Shown one piece after another: positions 47,595-55,542 of a stretch of 55,542 bases of DNA. The stretch is from Thermoprotei archaeon (GTDB lineage Archaea; Thermoproteota; Thermoprotei; Thermofilales; B15-G2), in assembly GCA_003650815.1 (NCBI GenBank), contig QMSB01000002.1, positions 1 through 55,542 of the forward strand, read 5' to 3'. How positions within the stretch are numbered: the first letter of the stretch is position 1; each line of letters opens with the position of its first letter. The notes under the pieces are model-generated. The model did not search any database, had not been told where the DNA came from, and was given only the letters and a program-made list of their open reading frames with translations. The position numbers and the translations under genes were made by a program.

Positions 47595-49028
47595 TTAACT
47601 TTTGAGCAATTTTCTGAGCAGCGGATAGGCTTCCAATGCTCTCTCCTGGGCAATTATTCCCTGATATTGAACTAGTATTCCTGCTAATAGCAGTATGCCT
47701 ATACCAGATCCTATGACACCTAAAATGTCTCCAAGGACGCTTATTATAGCTACTATAATTGAGCTAAGAACTGTTAGTATAGGGATGTACTTTCTGAGAA
47801 GGTTAGCAATAATTCTCGAAGAGAGCCTAAATCCACGGATTTGCATACCTGCACTCACGAGCTGTTCTGCTTGAGACTTGGGATCCATTCCTGTTAGCTC
47901 TACCCACAGCATACCGAAGAGCATACAGAAGCCTATTGTTATTAATGCATATAGCGCTACATGAATAGGATCGTTTATTAAGGACTCTATCCCTCGTGGC
48001 GGTGTTATGTAGTAGACTAGACAGCCTGGGAGAGGCACTATTCTACCATCTTTTATCTCAAATTTTGCGAGTAAATTTAACCACTCGTTACTATTATCTC
48101 TGTTAAATCTAGACCAGATGATTTGAGAAAACATGTATATGTCTGTGTACAATATGCTTGCAAAGATCAGTGGAATTATTGATACGTATAGGAATTTAAA
48201 TGGAATCTTTGCCTTTAATCCTCGGTACTTCGCTAATGATACGCCTACTTCTACCTGCATATTCTCCATGTATATGATTAACACAAAGAATGCTATCATT
48301 GAAATGAGCCCTATCAAGTCCGGTAGTCCTCTTCTAGATATAACAGTGAGTAAAATCTCCCAGTTACCTGTGCTAGTTGCATTGAGTAGAGCAACACTTA
48401 GTGCTGGCACCACTCCTAGAGGTAATCCATCGAAGGGACCTACTGGCGAGAAAACTTGCCAGAAAACTTGCTGAGCTATTCCAGCGGCAATAAATAAGTT
48501 TACCCCACTTCCTATTCCCCATCCCTTCTGTATCATTTCATCCATCAGTATTACAGCAATAGAGGCAAATAGTAGTTGAGTGAAAACTATAGCAGCTACA
48601 TTAGGTGAGAGATAACCATAGCTCCCTCCGAGTATAAAAGCCAAGGCCTCGACAGCGGCAAAAATTATTGCTAGTAATTTTTGAGCTCCTGTGAAGAAAG
48701 ACCTATCTTCAGGCTTTGACAGATCTAGCTCTAATATTTTGCTTCCCACGAGTAACTCTAAAATGATCCCGCTAGTCACTATTGGGCCTATTCCTAACTC
48801 AGCTAATGTCCCCTTTCTCGACGCTAAGATTATTCTAAAGAAGAATAGCTCTTCAAATCCTCCTCGCCCATAAGGTATTCCGTAAAGCGGCACTTCACAC
48901 ATTATAAGGTAAACAATAACAACTAGTGCTGACCAAAATAATTTCTCTTTCAGTGAAACTGGCCTACGCGGTCTTGGAACCTCTGGTAGAATCGTAAATA
49001 TAGGTTGTAGCGCGTTTTTTATAGACAT
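47595..49028 (-). CDS. secY: preprotein translocase subunit SecY
   Basis: A 10-TM profile, with GIGPIVTSGIILELL and the C-terminal GIGILLLAGI. Confidence 0.95.
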   Translation of the reverse strand: MSIKNALQPIFTILPEVPRPRRPVSLKEKLFWSALVVIVYLIMCEVPLYGIPYGRGGFEELFFFRIILASRKGTLAELGIGPIVTSGIILELLVGSKILELDLSKPEDRSFFTGAQKLLAIIFAAVEALAFILGGSYGYLSPNVAAIVFTQLLFASIAVILMDEMIQKGWGIGSGVNLFIAAGIAQQVFWQVFSPVGPFDGLPLGVVPALSVALLNATSTGNWEILLTVISRRGLPDLIGLISMIAFFVLIIYMENMQVEVGVSLAKYRGLKAKIPFKFLYVSIIPLIFASILYTDIYMFSQIIWSRFNRDNSNEWLNLLAKFEIKDGRIVPLPGCLVYYITPPRGIESLINDPIHVALYALITIGFCMLFGMLWVELTGMDPKSQAEQLVSAGMQIRGFRLSSRIIANLLRKYIPILTVLSSIIVAIISVLGDILGVIGSGIGILLLAGILVQYQGIIAQERALEAYPLLRKLLKS

Positions 49029-49043
49029 GAGCTCTCACCACTA

Positions 49044-49499
49044 TTAAGTAGATGCCTCGCTTAAAAGAATCACTTTACCCCCGGCACTCTCTACTTTCTT
49101 AACAGCTTTTTTAGATGCCTTTAAAGTTACTAAAATGACTGGTTTAGAGATATCGCCCTCTCCTAAAATCTTATTATAACCTAATTTTGTGAGATCAACG
49201 TAATATTTCTTATCTCTTATCTCCACTAATCCCTTCTCGACTAAATTGTCGAGAATAGAGTCCAGGTCTTTTAAGTTAATAGCTCTTATTTCAGGCTTTA
49301 TAGCTGGAGGTCTAGTGAAGCCGTGTTTTCCATACCAGCCAGGAGCATACTTAATGACCCAAGTCCACATGTGTTTGTGAAAACCAGCGTGTCCTCTACC
49401 TCCTCTACCACCACTTTTTCTATGTTGCCCTACTCTACCCCATCCGTGAGTTCTCCAGCCCCTCAAACTTCTAGACTTCTTCTTTCTCCTGACTACCAT
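49044..49499 (-). CDS. rpl15: 50S ribosomal protein L15 (uL15)
   Basis: Contains RGWRTHGWGRVGQHRKSGGRGGRGHAG. Confidence 0.92.
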   Translation of the reverse strand: MVVRRKKKSRSLRGWRTHGWGRVGQHRKSGGRGGRGHAGFHKHMWTWVIKYAPGWYGKHGFTRPPAIKPEIRAINLKDLDSILDNLVEKGLVEIRDKKYYVDLTKLGYNKILGEGDISKPVILVTLKASKKAVKKVESAGGKVILLSEAST

Positions 49500-49770
49500 T
49501 GAACCACCGTCTAAACTAAATCTGAAAGTAAGGCTCTTGCAGAGCTATATAGCTTTTTCGTAGTTCTCAGAAACGCTTGACCTAATACTTTTCCATAATC
49601 CTTTACCGGTAGGTGAAATAAAGACTACTTAAATTAACTGTTTTCGGAAGGTTCAATATCACTATTTGACTCTTGTTTCGGTTTTATTAAGATAAATACT
49701 TCTTGCTGTAACTCCTGAAAAATGTCACTGCGACTCTTCAGCTTGCAGCACTTCGAACTCTAGCGGAAAG

Positions 49771-49778
49771 TTTATAAA
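49771..49778 (+). promoter_or_regulatory. BRE/TATA candidate for the inverted rps5-rpl30 unit
   Basis: cggaaag tttataaa lies ~37-46 nt upstream of GTG 49815 / ATG 49824. Confidence 0.5.
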
Positions 49779-49814
49779 CCTTAAGCATAAAGAGCCATAG
49801 TTGAACCACTTAAG

Positions 49815-50461
49815 GTGAATATTATGAGCGCGCTAGACATGTGGGTTCCTAAGACAAAAGTAGGCAGACTGGTAAAAGAGGGGCGAATAACGTCAATAGA
49901 CGAGATATTCGAGCGAAACTGGCCTATCAAAGAGGTAGAGATAGTTGATACTCTTCTTCCTGACCTCAAACATGAAGTACTGAACATAAATTTAGTTCAG
50001 CGCCAGACGGATAGCCCGCAGTAGCGGGCCCGTAGGCTGGCGAAATAAGCAGATTTCAGGCTGTAGTAGCTGTCGGTAACGAAGACGGCTACGTAGGCGT
50101 CGGTGTAGGTAAAGCTAGGCAAGTGCGTCAGGCTATAGAGAAAGCTATACTAGATGCTAAGCTCAATATAATTCCTGTCAGAAGAGGATGTGGAAGCTGG
50201 GAGTGCCTTTGTAACACTCCTCATAGCGTTCCATTTAAAGTTCGTGGAAAGTGCGGCAGTGTCGAAATAATTCTAATTCCAGCTCCTAAAGGAGTAGGGC
50301 TTGTCGCCGGAGAGACTGCTAAAGCAATACTTAGACTAGCAGGTATTAAGGATGTATGGACAAGAACTAGAGGGGAGACAAGAACTACAATAAATTTCGC
50401 GAAAGCAACTTACGAGGCTCTTAAGAAGACATATGTCATCAAGACTCCCGACAGGTGGTAA
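49815..50461 (+). CDS. rps5: 30S ribosomal protein S5 (uS5), interrupted by a 23-nt BHB intron (exons 49815..50012 and 50036..50461)
   Basis: Exon 1 ends ...LVQRQTD. Exon 2 reads [37 protein letters not shown]...GETRTTINF. Joined, they reproduce the conserved uS5 core. Unspliced, the frame hits TAG at 50022-50024. The start is GTG 49815 or ATG 49824. Confidence 0.85.
50013..50035 (+). other. predicted archaeal BHB (bulge-helix-bulge) intron within the rps5 mRNA
   Basis: Outer helix 50001-06/50037-42. Bulge agg at 50034-36. 4-bp helix 50007-10/50030-33. Bulge ata at 50011-13. Inner 6-bp helix 50014-19/50024-29 with loop agta. Confidence 0.75.
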
Positions 50462-50936
50462 CACCTTGAGAAAAAGGCTAGTCGTAGTCAGAATTAGAGG
50501 CACTGTAGGTGTCCGTAGAGACGTAGAACACACGCTTAAACTACTGCGCCTCGTCAGAAAATTTCACGCTGTAGTAATAGACGATCGCCCGGACTACATG
50601 GGGATGCTCCAGAAAGTAAAGGACTACGTCACTTGGGGAGAGATCGACGCCGAGACTTTAGCAGAACTTCTTAGGAAAAGAGGGAGACTTACAGGAAATA
50701 AAAAGCTGTCTGAAGACATCGTTAAGGAACTAGGCTACGAGAGTATAGAAGATTTCGCTAAGGCAGTAATTGAGTTTAAAGCAGAGCTATCCGACATTCC
50801 AGGATTAAAGCCTATATTCAGACTTCATCCTCCTAAAGGAGGGTTCAAGAGAACTACAAAAAGAATGTATACTGATCGAGGAGAAACGGGCTATAGAGGA
50901 AAGGATATAAACGAGCTTCTACGCCGAATGATATAA
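50433..50936 (+). CDS. rpl30: 50S ribosomal protein L30 (uL30)
   Basis: Contains [25 protein letters not shown]. The start is either ATG 50433 (overlapping rps5) or TTG 50466 just after the rps5 stop. Confidence 0.9.
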   Translation: MSSRLPTGGNTLRKRLVVVRIRGTVGVRRDVEHTLKLLRLVRKFHAVVIDDRPDYMGMLQKVKDYVTWGEIDAETLAELLRKRGRLTGNKKLSEDIVKELGYESIEDFAKAVIEFKAELSDIPGLKPIFRLHPPKGGFKRTTKRMYTDRGETGYRGKDINELLRRMI

Positions 50937-50942
50937 GTCAAT

Positions 50943-51557
50943 CTACTTATTAGAGCTTAGAAGCTTTTCGTATTTTGAAATAATTTTAGTCTTTACTTCT
51001 TCGAAGTGCGACACTATATCCTCCGGCCGTAAACCTCTCTTAATATACTGAGAGAATTGCTTTTCGTAGAGACTCGGATCTTTCTCCAAGAGAAATTTTG
51101 CATACGCCGCTACATGTTCTCCTTGTATTCGCTCGTCTGAAGGGAAAACTTCAGGCGAGCAAGGTACTTTAAGTCCGGCATCAATAGCTCCTTTTATCAC
51201 TGCAAACACTTTTCCTCCCTTTACCGGTCTATGAAGCCCTATATCTGGAATAGCTTCCTCTATTCCCTTAAGCCTAGCTTTGTAGCCTGCAATAAGTCCT
51301 GTAAGGTAAGCTGCTGAAGTATTTGAACAGTCCCCCAACCAACCATATTTTTTAGCCAAAATTTTTGATGATATTCCTATGACTGTTTCATCTCCCTGAG
51401 GCTTCGCTTTCACTATTTGCACGATAATGTATTTTAGTGTCTTTCTTACAATTAGTCTGAGCTTACCTGAAATAATCATTTTTCTCCTTTTGTAATAGTT
51501 AGTTAAGCCTAGGCGTCTTCTTCTGAAAGGAACTCTATAGCGCCCACCTCTAGCCAT
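50943..51557 (-). CDS. rpl18: 50S ribosomal protein L18 (uL18)
   Basis: Contains [19 protein letters not shown] and [16 protein letters not shown]. Confidence 0.92.
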   Translation of the reverse strand: MARGGRYRVPFRRRRLGLTNYYKRRKMIISGKLRLIVRKTLKYIIVQIVKAKPQGDETVIGISSKILAKKYGWLGDCSNTSAAYLTGLIAGYKARLKGIEEAIPDIGLHRPVKGGKVFAVIKGAIDAGLKVPCSPEVFPSDERIQGEHVAAYAKFLLEKDPSLYEKQFSQYIKRGLRPEDIVSHFEEVKTKIISKYEKLLSSNK

Positions 51558-51562
51558 GGCTC

Positions 51563-52003
51563 TTACCTCTCCATAAGTTTATGTTCCTCGATATAAGCTT
51601 TTAAGTGTGAAACACTTCTGAAATAACCTCCTTTAGCCAGCCTGTAAAGCCTCCTATAGGTCTTTGGGCTTATTTTTCTTCTACTCTTTAGCTTTCTTAA
51701 AAACTTCCTTAAAGCTCTTATCCTAGCTACCCATAGTTCCTTTTCATCAAATCTTGGCCCCTTCCTTTTGCCAGGTCCTCGTCTTCTTCCCTTTTTCCTT
51801 TTTAACTGCCTTAATTTTATTCTGTACCTAGAGTTTCTTTTCTTGGGCTTTACTTTTATAACTCCTTCTTTGATAAGCTTTTTCACCTCTTCTCTAGTAA
51901 TTACTGTTACTAGTTCGTTGTGCTTAGACGGATCAATCCATATGCGAGATACTCCTACTCCAAGCACTTTTGCTGCCAGTCTTTTTACATGATCTACTGA
52001 CAT
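51563..52003 (-). CDS. rpl19e: 50S ribosomal protein L19e
   Basis: Contains [19 protein letters not shown] and GPGKRKG. Confidence 0.92.
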   Translation of the reverse strand: MSVDHVKRLAAKVLGVGVSRIWIDPSKHNELVTVITREEVKKLIKEGVIKVKPKKRNSRYRIKLRQLKRKKGRRRGPGKRKGPRFDEKELWVARIRALRKFLRKLKSRRKISPKTYRRLYRLAKGGYFRSVSHLKAYIEEHKLMER

Positions 52004-52022
52004 CGTCTATGCACCTCTCCTC

Positions 52023-52469
52023 TTAGAGCTGAGGGTTTAATATTTTTATATTACGTTTCAATGCTTCTTCTATTATTTCTTTTCTTTTCTTTTTACCCAC
52101 TGTAGAAGCTATCCTTATGGCTTCTTTCCGAGAATCTATTTTCTCGAGATCCTTTACATTATAAACCAAAACTTCACGAAAGCCTGATGGATGATACCTC
52201 CTCACTACTTTAGGTGTCCTATATCCTATCTTAACTCTAGCAGGATAACCCTTTCTTTCAAGCCTTATCTTATTATCAAGTCCTTTCGGCCTTCTCCAGC
52301 TGCCACCTATTCTTTTAAATCTCCATTCGTCCATTCTCATGAATCTAGGCTTTTTCCTCTTCATGTATGTTTTTAGTATAAGCATTCTTTCTTCAAGTGA
52401 TGATAGTTCTGGTTTAATTTTAATCTGGGATTCAAGTTCCTCTTCCATTTTCACCCCCCTAGTAAACAT
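52023..52469 (-). CDS. rpl32e: 50S ribosomal protein L32e
   Basis: Contains [31 protein letters not shown] and [12 protein letters not shown]. Confidence 0.9.
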   Translation of the reverse strand: MFTRGVKMEEELESQIKIKPELSSLEERMLILKTYMKRKKPRFMRMDEWRFKRIGGSWRRPKGLDNKIRLERKGYPARVKIGYRTPKVVRRYHPSGFREVLVYNVKDLEKIDSRKEAIRIASTVGKKKRKEIIEEALKRNIKILNPQL

Positions 52470-52851
52470 AAGCTATGAGCACTCCGCCTACACCTAGTTT
52501 CTTAGCTTCTCTATGAGTCATTACTCCTTTAGAAGTTGATACTATTAGTATACCTAAGTCTCTTGAAGGGAGATAACGTTTTTCCCATTCTTCGAATTCA
52601 TTCTTTTTAACAGGAAATCTTGGTTTTATTACCCCGCATTTATTTATTCTACCGAGTAGCTGAACTCTTAATTTGCCAGACCTTCCGTCATCAATGTACT
52701 CTATTTCTCCAATATATCCTTCCTTTTGCATGACACGAAGTACTTGTGCTATGAATTTTGATGCTGGGTATATTATACACTCCTTGTGTCCTCTTACCTC
52801 ATTATTCATTATTGTCGCCAGAGCGTTAGCAAGAGTGCCCATCAATACCAT
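52459..52851 (-). CDS. rps8: 30S ribosomal protein S8 (uS8)
   Basis: Contains [19 protein letters not shown] and [17 protein letters not shown]. Confidence 0.92.
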   Translation of the reverse strand: MVLMGTLANALATIMNNEVRGHKECIIYPASKFIAQVLRVMQKEGYIGEIEYIDDGRSGKLRVQLLGRINKCGVIKPRFPVKKNEFEEWEKRYLPSRDLGILIVSTSKGVMTHREAKKLGVGGVLIAYVY

Positions 52852-52904
52852 GAAATCCCCCTCAAGAAATTTACCTGCCTTCTATATACTTTTCTCTCGC
52901 GCTT

Positions 52905-53069
52905 TCACATGTACTTCTTAAATCCTATTTCTTCCGCTACTTCTCTAAAGCACCTTCTGCATAAATTTAAGCCATACATTCTTATTAATGCTTCATGAGT
53001 TCCGCAACGTCTGCATCTTCTAGACCCCTTTCCATATTTCCTTATCTTAGGTGGTCTGATTTTACCCAT
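52905..53069 (-). CDS. rps14: 30S ribosomal protein S14 (uS14, zinc-binding type)
   Basis: A 54-aa ORF below the track threshold: [54 protein letters not shown] (CRRCG...CRRC). Confidence 0.88.
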   Translation of the reverse strand: MGKIRPPKIRKYGKGSRRCRRCGTHEALIRMYGLNLCRRCFREVAEEIGFKKYM

Positions 53070-53073
53070 TTCA

Positions 53074-53640
53074 TCACCTTCTAGTAGTTTTAATTACAGC
53101 TACACCTAATACTTTTTCTAAAAATTCTATTGCCTCTTCTCTTGTCACAAAATGGTTCTTCCCTATACTAGACTTTCTGCGCTTTCTTCTAGCTACCCTA
53201 AACCCGGGCCTTTCTAGCGATATACAGACATCAAATCCGAAAATACCGACCGTGGGATCATACTTTACTCCCGGCAGATGAATATGCTCTTTTATTCCAA
53301 AGCAGATATTACCTCTTTTATCTACGCCGCTCTCCTTAATTTTGTAATCAATTACAGGTAAGACCTTCTCTAAAAATTTCAGCGCCTTTTCTCCACGTAG
53401 AGTAACTATACATGCTATATTTTCTCCCCTTTTGATGCCAAATTCCTTTATTGTACGTTTTGCTTTCCTAAATGAAGGTTTTTGCCCAGTTATTTCTTCA
53501 AGAACCATCGCCGCCTTCATTAAACGCTCTCCAGACTCTCCAACAGCCATATTTACAACTACTTTACCTAACACTATGCTTCTCATAGGGTGCTCTTTAG
53601 GCAACACCCAAGGCTTCTCTAACATATAACTTTTCGGCAT
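53074..53640 (-). CDS. rpl5: 50S ribosomal protein L5 (uL5)
   Basis: Contains [15 protein letters not shown] and [11 protein letters not shown]. Confidence 0.92.
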   Translation of the reverse strand: MPKSYMLEKPWVLPKEHPMRSIVLGKVVVNMAVGESGERLMKAAMVLEEITGQKPSFRKAKRTIKEFGIKRGENIACIVTLRGEKALKFLEKVLPVIDYKIKESGVDKRGNICFGIKEHIHLPGVKYDPTVGIFGFDVCISLERPGFRVARRKRRKSSIGKNHFVTREEAIEFLEKVLGVAVIKTTRR

Positions 53641-53642
53641 GA

Positions 53643-54386
53643 TTACATCACCTCAAATATCTTGATCTCAGGCTTATCCTTTCCTATGATAAATACATAT
53701 TCCATTATCGTTCTTAACTCTTCGCCCTTTTCAGTCTCTAAAGTTACTATTGCTTTAGACTTCTTGAATACTTGAGTACCTCCCTTTATTTTGCCTACCC
53801 TACCTACGTTATTTCCTCCTATTACTATTGCGTAAGCTCCTTCTTCAAATTTGTAATGTCCTAATAATTCTTGCCTGGGTATGCTTACTTTTATGGTATC
53901 ATAAGTTTTAAAGACATCTTCTTCAGGGTTCATTGGGTTGGCTACTTTAATTAAGCAGTTCCGTCCATCATGTAAGTTAAGCTGAATATTTCCTCCTTTA
54001 ACCGTAGTTTTGTTCTCTATTCTACACAACTTGAACTTAGCCTCCTCCTCGCTTATCGGAATAAGATCGAGAAACTTCACCGGATGCGGTAGAACTCTGA
54101 AGAACTCTCGTGAAGGAATTATTTCGATAACATCCATTAGACCTACTGGATACTTATAGTCTCTCCTTACTTTACCGTCGACTTTAATTTTTCCCTCTCC
54201 GAGAATAATTCTGGCCTCGCGCATAGTCTTAGCGTACTTCAAGTAGTCTCTCAGTATTATTCCGAGAGGTATACAACGTTCAAGGGGATGAGGCCCTGGC
54301 TTAGGCTTTACCGTCCAGTGATACTCTTTTCTGAGTATTCTCCAGAACCAGGGAGCTTTATGTCTAGTTAGATGTTTTGAAGTCAT
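53643..54386 (-). CDS. rps4e: 30S ribosomal protein S4e
   Basis: Contains [29 protein letters not shown] and GGNNVGRVG. Confidence 0.92.
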   Translation of the reverse strand: MTSKHLTRHKAPWFWRILRKEYHWTVKPKPGPHPLERCIPLGIILRDYLKYAKTMREARIILGEGKIKVDGKVRRDYKYPVGLMDVIEIIPSREFFRVLPHPVKFLDLIPISEEEAKFKLCRIENKTTVKGGNIQLNLHDGRNCLIKVANPMNPEEDVFKTYDTIKVSIPRQELLGHYKFEEGAYAIVIGGNNVGRVGKIKGGTQVFKKSKAIVTLETEKGEELRTIMEYVFIIGKDKPEIKIFEVM

Positions 54387-54754
54387 TCTATCACCTGCTT
54401 TCGTTTAATTATTTCCTTTCTACGAGGATCTGATAGATCTAGCTTTGTTATCAATACTTTTGACGGGTGGATAGGCACATATACCGTGGTTCCGTCAGCC
54501 TTTTGCCTAGTAGCTCCTTCTATATAAATTCTCCTCTTCTTTAAGTCTGCTCTAACCACTTTTCCTTCATGTCCAGCATAGTCTCCTCTCAAGATAATAA
54601 CAGTATCCCCTTTTCGAACAGGTATTCTCTTTATTCCTAACTCTCGTCGAAGAGGCTCCGCCAGCTTCGCTGTCATATGTTTTTGCCGTCTATGCAGTGG
54701 GGCGTTGAAATAAAGGTACCTTTGCTTGCGAGGCTGTGTAGGTGAGGCTCTCAT
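54383..54754 (-). CDS. rpl24: 50S ribosomal protein L24 (uL24)
   Basis: A KOW motif ([21 protein letters not shown]). A GGAGGT SD lies 5 nt upstream of the ATG. Confidence 0.9.
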   Translation of the reverse strand: MRASPTQPRKQRYLYFNAPLHRRQKHMTAKLAEPLRRELGIKRIPVRKGDTVIILRGDYAGHEGKVVRADLKKRRIYIEGATRQKADGTTVYVPIHPSKVLITKLDLSDPRRKEIIKRKQVIE

Positions 54755-54917
54755 AATATAACCTCCTTTGAAAGGATAAAAGCTAATTAATAAGGTTTGC
54801 TCCCATCTTTCAAGTCAGCTTACTTGGTCAGTATGTTTACTTGAGGATAAAGCTTCAGGACTCATGTTTATTTAAATAAGTTAATAAAACCTAAAAATTC
54901 TACTTATACTTGAGTAA

Positions 54918-55292
54918 TCATTTCTCCCTTTCCCGCATTCTTCTCTTGTAGTCTTCCTTTATCTTATTCCAGTCTATGTGCTCATGTATTATTGCCCTTA
55001 AATGCTCTTTAAGTATTTGAAGAGCTTTTTCCCGACCCAGTCTCCCAGCATTCCATGTCACGAAAGGCGAATAGAAGCGAGCAGACTCGAATTTCACATT
55101 ATCGTCTTCTATTTTGAACTTTATGTAACCTAATTCTCTTAGATGGCAGGTGTCATTAGGACACAATATATCTATTTCATTTAACTCTTTTTTCAGAAAT
55201 AGTAGCTTGTAGTCTCCTGGACTTTCTATTATTCTTCCACACGGGCACTGAATTTTAGCCTCCTGAACACTACTCTTAGCCAAACCTATCAC
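54918..55292 (-). CDS. hypothetical Cys/His-containing protein
   Basis: CPCG...CPNDTCH suggests a metal site. The C-terminus is basic and Lys/Arg/Glu-rich. The family was not recognised. Confidence 0.4.
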   Translation of the reverse strand: MIGLAKSSVQEAKIQCPCGRIIESPGDYKLLFLKKELNEIDILCPNDTCHLRELGYIKFKIEDDNVKFESARFYSPFVTWNAGRLGREKALQILKEHLRAIIHEHIDWNKIKEDYKRRMREREK

Positions 55293-55464
55293 CTAACAAT
55301 CTACTACTTCCTACCTGTAATTTTAACTTTTTGTTTTAGCGAAAGAACACTTAAGCTGCGAGCTTTGCATATCCTCTGTAACTACTAATCGCTAAAGTGA
55401 AGTCTCTGCTGATACTTTACTTTAAGAAAATTACAAGCTATGGTAGCAGGGAGACCCCGCCTAG

Positions 55465-55542
55465 TGCGCCGGCCGGGATTTGAACCCGGGTTCACCGGCT
55501 TTCTTCGTGTAAATGCTTGGGAGGCCGGTATCCTCCCAGGCT
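55465..55542 (-). tRNA. tRNA-Gly(CCC), 5'-truncated by the window end, with a ~17-nt intron at the canonical 37/38 position (55501..55517)
   Basis: The minus strand reads ...AGCCUGGGAGGAUA CCGGC CUCCCA[AGCAUUUACACGAAGAA]A GCCGG UGAAC CCGGG UUCAAAU CCCGG CCGGCGC A. The T-arm, anticodon stem and acceptor 3' strand are all GC-rich against the AT-rich flanks. No CCA is encoded. Confidence 0.7.

Noticed and set aside
49498-49809. 9-nt direct repeat ttgaaccac at 49498-49506 and 49801-49809, considered as a possible footprint of the rps5-rpl30 inversion.
   Set aside because: An inversion would be expected to leave inverted repeats at its two ends (near 49800 and 50940), not direct ones. A 9-mer match in 55 kb may also occur by chance.
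49781-49987. 68-aa minus-strand ORF antisense to rps5 exon 1.
   Set aside because: It is a shadow ORF of a highly conserved gene on the other strand.

Overview
This 55.5 kb chromosomal window comes from a moderately AT-rich crenarchaeon. Gene content and order look Desulfurococcales-like; the species cannot be assigned from sequence alone.

Positions ~5.7-55.5 kb are dense core information-processing genes:
- nucS, a 3-hexulose-6-phosphate synthase-like gene, tmcA, srp19, rps8e, gar1, tfb, thpR and cca.
- One half of the archaeal exosome/proteasome superoperon on the + strand: rpl37ae, Brix, a Pcc1-like gene, pfdB and a DHH protein.
- rps3ae, a RecJ-like gene, rps15, bud32, kae1, rps27ae, rps24e, spt4 and rpoE.
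- The other half of the superoperon on the - strand: psmA, SBDS, rrp4, rrp41 and rrp42.
- rpl15e, an ECF-transporter energizing module and aEF-2.
- A rearranged S10/spc-type ribosomal protein cluster running from L3 to SecY.
- A partial intron-containing tRNA-Gly(CCC) at the window end.

The first ~5.7 kb is accessory and compositionally distinct. It holds a frameshifted HerA/FtsK-superfamily ATPase, a MazF/PemK-like toxin-antitoxin pair and a two-repeat CRISPR-like mini-array. Imperfect 54-bp direct repeats bracket these, and an ORF-poor stretch follows.

The most notable observation is in rps5 (uS5). The gene is split into two out-of-frame ORFs by a 23-nt insert. That insert folds into a textbook helix-bulge-helix-bulge-helix (BHB) splicing motif. 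Excision at the canonical bulge positions exactly restores the conserved S5 sequence, which points to an mRNA intron in a ribosomal protein gene. The rps5-rpl30 pair is also inverted within the otherwise co-directional ribosomal cluster.
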